From an uncultured Pelagibacteraceae bacterium (GTDB lineage: Bacteria > Pseudomonadota > Alphaproteobacteria > Pelagibacterales > AG-422-B15), in contig CABYZQ010000001.1 in assembly GCA_902523535.1 (NCBI GenBank), positions 53,047-117,046 of the forward strand: a DNA stretch of 64,000 nucleotides, read 5' to 3'. The notes beneath the pieces were generated by a model that was not told the DNA's origin, did not search any database, and was given only the letters and a program-made list of their open reading frames with translations. Shown here in pieces: positions 60,366 to 64,000 of this stretch (positions are counted from its first letter, which is position 1; every line of letters begins with the position of its first letter). Position numbers and translations under genes: made by a program.

Positions 60366-62312
60366 CTAATTTTTTAATTCTTCAATATTTTCATATTCCG
60401 ATAAACAAGCAGGATTAGCTAAGGCCTCTAAATTCTTTATTTTCATGCCATTGATTATATCTCGCACTGTAATTTCTGCTATTTTGCCACTTCTTGTTCT
60501 AGGTATATCACTTACTTTAATAATTTTTGCTGGTACATGTCTTATAGAATTAGAAGATCTAATATTATATTTAATTTTATCAATAATAACTTGATCAAGT
60601 TCAATATTCTTTTGAAGTTTCACAAATAGAATAATTCTTGTATCATTGTTCCAAGACTGACCAACCACAATAGATTCAACAATTTCATCTATTTGCTCGA
60701 CAGACCTATATATTTCGGCAGTTCCAATTCTAATTCCACCAGGATTTAATGTTGAGTCTGACCGTCCATAAATGACTATTCCATTATTTTGAGATATTTT
60801 GGCATAATCACCTTGTGTCCATACATTTTTAAATTTTGAAAAGTATGATTTAATATATTTCTCTTTATTTAAGTCATCCCAAAATCCAATCGGCATAGAT
60901 GGAAGCGGTGATTTACATACCAGCTCTCCTTTCTGAAGTGTACTCTGGCTTTTTTCATCAAATACATCTACGTTCACTCCAAGACACTTACTCTGTATTT
61001 CACCAGAGTAAACTGGCAACATTGGATTGCCCCCAACAAAGCAGGAAACAATGTCTGTCCCTCCACTAATGGACGCCAGATGTATATCTTTTTTAATGAA
61101 TTCGTAAACATACTCAAAACTCTCACTTATAAGTGGTGACCCTGTGCTCAATATTGATTGAAGTTTACCTAAATTATATTTTTCAAGAATATTGACCTTA
61201 TCATTTCTTAAAGCATCAATAAATTTTGCACTTGTTCCAAAGCACGTTATTTCTTCTTCCTCAGCAATTTTAAAAAGAGTTTCTTTCTCTGGATAAAATG
61301 GGGATCCATCATAAAGCACTAATGAAACTCCTGACGCTAAACCTGTAATAAGCCAATTCCACATCATCCAGCCACAGGTTGTATAATAAAATAATTTGTC
61401 ACCTATTTTTAGATCACAATGAAGCTGTTGCTCTTTTATATGTTGTAACAGTGGGCCACCGGTATTATGAACTATACATTTAGGCTTACCAGTTGTTCCA
61501 CTAGAATATAGAATATACATTGGGTCATTGAATAAGTTTTCTTCATAAATAATCTTTCCTTCATAAGTTTCTTTTTGGAAAATTGAACTTAAACTTATTC
61601 CTTCTATTTCTTTATCCTGTTTCTTGTCTGGATAATTAATACAAATAGTATGTTCGAGTGATTGAATTTTATTAATTACATTTTTTATCTTTTTTTCAAT
61701 ATCAAATTTTTTTCCACCATATAAATATATTTTAGAATATAATAATACTTTTGGTTTTATTTGATTAAAACGATCTAAAATAGCAACTTCACCAAAATCT
61801 GGTGAGCAAGATGACCATATTGCTCCAATAGAGTTCACCGCTAAAAATGCAATGAGTGTCTCAGCGCTGTTTACAGAAACAGCTACAACCCGATCTCCTT
61901 TCTTAACCCCAATAGACCTAAAATAGTTAGCTAATTTTGAAGTTTTTGATATTAAATCTTGCTTATAATAACTTTTCTTAAACCCAAGTTCATTGATAAA
62001 GGTGATCGGGCAGGAGTTAAGATTAGATAATATATTTTCGGCATAATTAACTTTAATATTTTTGAAAAATTCTTGGTTATATATAGATTTATCTTTTTCA
62101 ATAACAGGTCTGGAACTTCCTTTGAACTTTATGCCCAGATAATCAATTAAGCTTAGCCAAAATTCAGCGGGGTGATTAATACTCCACGACCAGATTTTAC
62201 TATAATCAAAGTTTAATTGTAATTTGTTGTTTTCTTCTAAAAAAATAAAATAATTATATAATTTTGTTTTTTCAATTCTTTCCTTAGATGGGCTCCAAAG
62301 CAACTTTGGCAT
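60366..62312 (-). CDS. acetoacetyl-CoA synthetase-like acyl-CoA ligase
   Basis: 648 aa; AACS-type N-terminus LWSPSKERIEKTKLYNYF...WSWSINHPAEFW; AMP motif YSSGTTGKPKCIVH. Confidence 0.82.
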   Translation of the reverse strand: MPKLLWSPSKERIEKTKLYNYFIFLEENNKLQLNFDYSKIWSWSINHPAEFWLSLIDYLGIKFKGSSRPVIEKDKSIYNQEFFKNIKVNYAENILSNLNSCPITFINELGFKKSYYKQDLISKTSKLANYFRSIGVKKGDRVVAVSVNSAETLIAFLAVNSIGAIWSSCSPDFGEVAILDRFNQIKPKVLLYSKIYLYGGKKFDIEKKIKNVINKIQSLEHTICINYPDKKQDKEIEGISLSSIFQKETYEGKIIYEENLFNDPMYILYSSGTTGKPKCIVHNTGGPLLQHIKEQQLHCDLKIGDKLFYYTTCGWMMWNWLITGLASGVSLVLYDGSPFYPEKETLFKIAEEEEITCFGTSAKFIDALRNDKVNILEKYNLGKLQSILSTGSPLISESFEYVYEFIKKDIHLASISGGTDIVSCFVGGNPMLPVYSGEIQSKCLGVNVDVFDEKSQSTLQKGELVCKSPLPSMPIGFWDDLNKEKYIKSYFSKFKNVWTQGDYAKISQNNGIVIYGRSDSTLNPGGIRIGTAEIYRSVEQIDEIVESIVVGQSWNNDTRIILFVKLQKNIELDQVIIDKIKYNIRSSNSIRHVPAKIIKVSDIPRTRSGKIAEITVRDIINGMKIKNLEALANPACLSEYENIEELKN

Positions 62313-62333
62313 ATTAAAAATTTTTATTATATC

Positions 62334-63758
62334 TTAAGCAATGTGAAGTGCTTTAGTTTCAAGGTAATCTTCTAGCCCCATGTCTCCACCTTCTCGTCCA
62401 TTGCCAGATTCCTTATATCCTCCAAAAGGTGAGCCGTAATTATAACCGCCACCATTAACATGAACACCGCCAGCTCTTAATTGCCTTGAGACTCGTTCTG
62501 CTCTTTCTTTATCTCCCGTCTGCAAATAGGCAGCAAGACCATAAGGAGTATCATTTGCTATTCTGATCGCCTCATCCTCGTCATCAAAAGGAATTATAAC
62601 CAGTACCGGACCAAATATTTCCTCTTGAGCAACTCTCATATTGTTATTTACGTCAGAAAAAATTGTTGGTTTTACAAACCATCCTTTTTCATGGCCATCG
62701 GGCTTTCCAAGGCCGCCTACTAATAGTTTTGCTCCTTCATCAATACCAACTTGAATCATATTTTGAACCCGATCAAATTGAATTTTATCAAAGAGTGGTC
62801 CAAGATGGTCACCATCCAGTGTCGGATCGCCTACCTTAATTTCTTCGGCAGTTTTTTTTGCAATATCAATTACTTCATCGTAGCATTTTTTTTCTACCAG
62901 TAACCTTGTAGGAGCATCACAAGATTGTCCTGTATTAAACATGCATTCATTTACTGAATCTTTTACTTTTTCATCTAAGTCACAATCTGCAAAGACAATG
63001 TTAGGCGATTTACCACCTAATTCTAAAGTTACTTTTTTTACAGTTTCAGCAGATTCAATAGTTACTGACTTACCTCCTCTTTTTGAGCCAGTGAATGACA
63101 TCATTTCTATATCTGGATGCCGAGACATTGACACACCTACTCCTTCTCCATCTCCATGTACTAAATTAAATACACCATCAGGAACTCCAGCCTCATCTAG
63201 AATTTCAGCGTAAACCATCGCTGATAAAGGTGTATGCTCAGATGGCTTTAAGATACATGTGCATCCTGTAGCAATCACTGGAAGGACTTTCAGTGTAATT
63301 TGATTAATGGGCCAGTTCCATGGAGTAATTAGGCCACAAACTCCTATTGGCTCTTTTAAAAGTACATCTGAATTAGAGAGAACAATTTTTTCTTCATGCT
63401 TCTTTAATGCATCAATAAAACCATCCAAGTGTCCTATTGCAGCATCTGCCTGTGCATCTCGAGCCATTCTATGAGGAGCTCCCATTTCTGATGTCATTGC
63501 ATTAGCAAGATCTTCAAATCTTTTTTCAGAGATCTGCCTAATTTTATTTAATAATTCTAAACGATCATTTTTTGAAGTTTTAGAAAAGGTATTAAATGCA
63601 TTTTTTGCAGCGCTCACAGCCATATCTACATCTTCAGAATTACCAAGAATTATCTCACCTATCAAATCTTCGGTTGCGGGGTTAAGAACTGCCATTGTTT
63701 TAGTTGAATTGGGTTTTACCCATTTACCGTTAATATAAAATTTTTGAAGATTTTCCAT
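62334..63758 (-). CDS. NAD(P)-dependent aldehyde dehydrogenase
   Basis: ITPWNWP, ELGGKSP, NTGQSCDA (catalytic Cys) and EEIFGPV motifs. Confidence 0.92.
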   Translation of the reverse strand: MENLQKFYINGKWVKPNSTKTMAVLNPATEDLIGEIILGNSEDVDMAVSAAKNAFNTFSKTSKNDRLELLNKIRQISEKRFEDLANAMTSEMGAPHRMARDAQADAAIGHLDGFIDALKKHEEKIVLSNSDVLLKEPIGVCGLITPWNWPINQITLKVLPVIATGCTCILKPSEHTPLSAMVYAEILDEAGVPDGVFNLVHGDGEGVGVSMSRHPDIEMMSFTGSKRGGKSVTIESAETVKKVTLELGGKSPNIVFADCDLDEKVKDSVNECMFNTGQSCDAPTRLLVEKKCYDEVIDIAKKTAEEIKVGDPTLDGDHLGPLFDKIQFDRVQNMIQVGIDEGAKLLVGGLGKPDGHEKGWFVKPTIFSDVNNNMRVAQEEIFGPVLVIIPFDDEDEAIRIANDTPYGLAAYLQTGDKERAERVSRQLRAGGVHVNGGGYNYGSPFGGYKESGNGREGGDMGLEDYLETKALHIA

Positions 63759-63827
63759 TTTGTTTTTTATTACATACTATACTATTCAAATTGTAAATTC
63801 TTTTTAATATTGTAACTTCATTGTCTT

Positions 63828-64000
63828 ATGAATAAAAATGTTATCATTTCTTGTGCAGTTACTGGATCGGGGGACTCAGTTGGAAAGCATCCTAATATTC
63901 CTGTTACTCCTCAACAAATAGCCGATGCCTCTATTGAGGCAGCTAATGCTGGAGCCGCTATAGCCCATATTCATGTTAGAAATCCTGAAACTGGAAAGGG
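63828..64000 (+). CDS. BKACE family (3-keto-5-aminohexanoate cleavage enzyme / DUF849) protein, 5' part only
   Basis: [57 protein letters not shown] matches the BKACE N-terminal TIM-barrel consensus. Truncated by the window end. Confidence 0.8.
   Translation, partial: MNKNVIISCAVTGSGDSVGKHPNIPVTPQQIADASIEAANAGAAIAHIHVRNPETGK

Overview
By eye (nothing computed), this is a very AT-rich and extremely compact bacterial chromosome segment. I called about 75 protein genes, 4 tRNAs and 2 unlisted micro-ORFs. Intergenic DNA is almost absent. Gene content and local synteny are alphaproteobacterial: petA; DUF1285-NUDIX-CCA; mutY/DUF721/dsbA/smc; atpI-B-E-F'-F; coxB-coxA-ctaB-(small ORF)-ctaG-coxC-SURF1-thrC; and ccrM. 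Together with the AT richness and streamlining, this suggests a Pelagibacterales (SAR11)-like marine lineage; that is an inference. I saw no rRNA, CRISPR array, transposase, integrase or obvious prophage. Most of the window is core housekeeping: respiration, ATP synthase F0, NAD, isoprenoid, Thr and tRNA modification genes. The accessory-looking parts are: (i) the right end, 58.7-64 kb, with a BBOX/TmpA-like Fe/2OG dioxygenase abutting a PhnZ/TmpB-like HD-domain oxygenase, in one operon with an acetoacetyl-CoA-synthetase-like ligase and an aldehyde dehydrogenase, divergent from a BKACE gene; (ii) a gamma-CA-like / GMC oxidoreductase / Ntn acylase / acyl-CoA ligase block at 32.8-38.9 kb; (iii) a tRNA-Arg(UCG) flanked by phage-like small genes at 55.9-57.3 kb. 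Other notable points are an SMC with no recognisable hinge, a GANTC cluster in the ccrM promoter, a 14-bp perfect palindrome inside the nadA promoter spacer, a dihydroorotase homologue with QxH instead of HxH, and convergent genes sharing stop tetranucleotides. All family calls rest on motif recognition from the translated ORFs. No database search was run.
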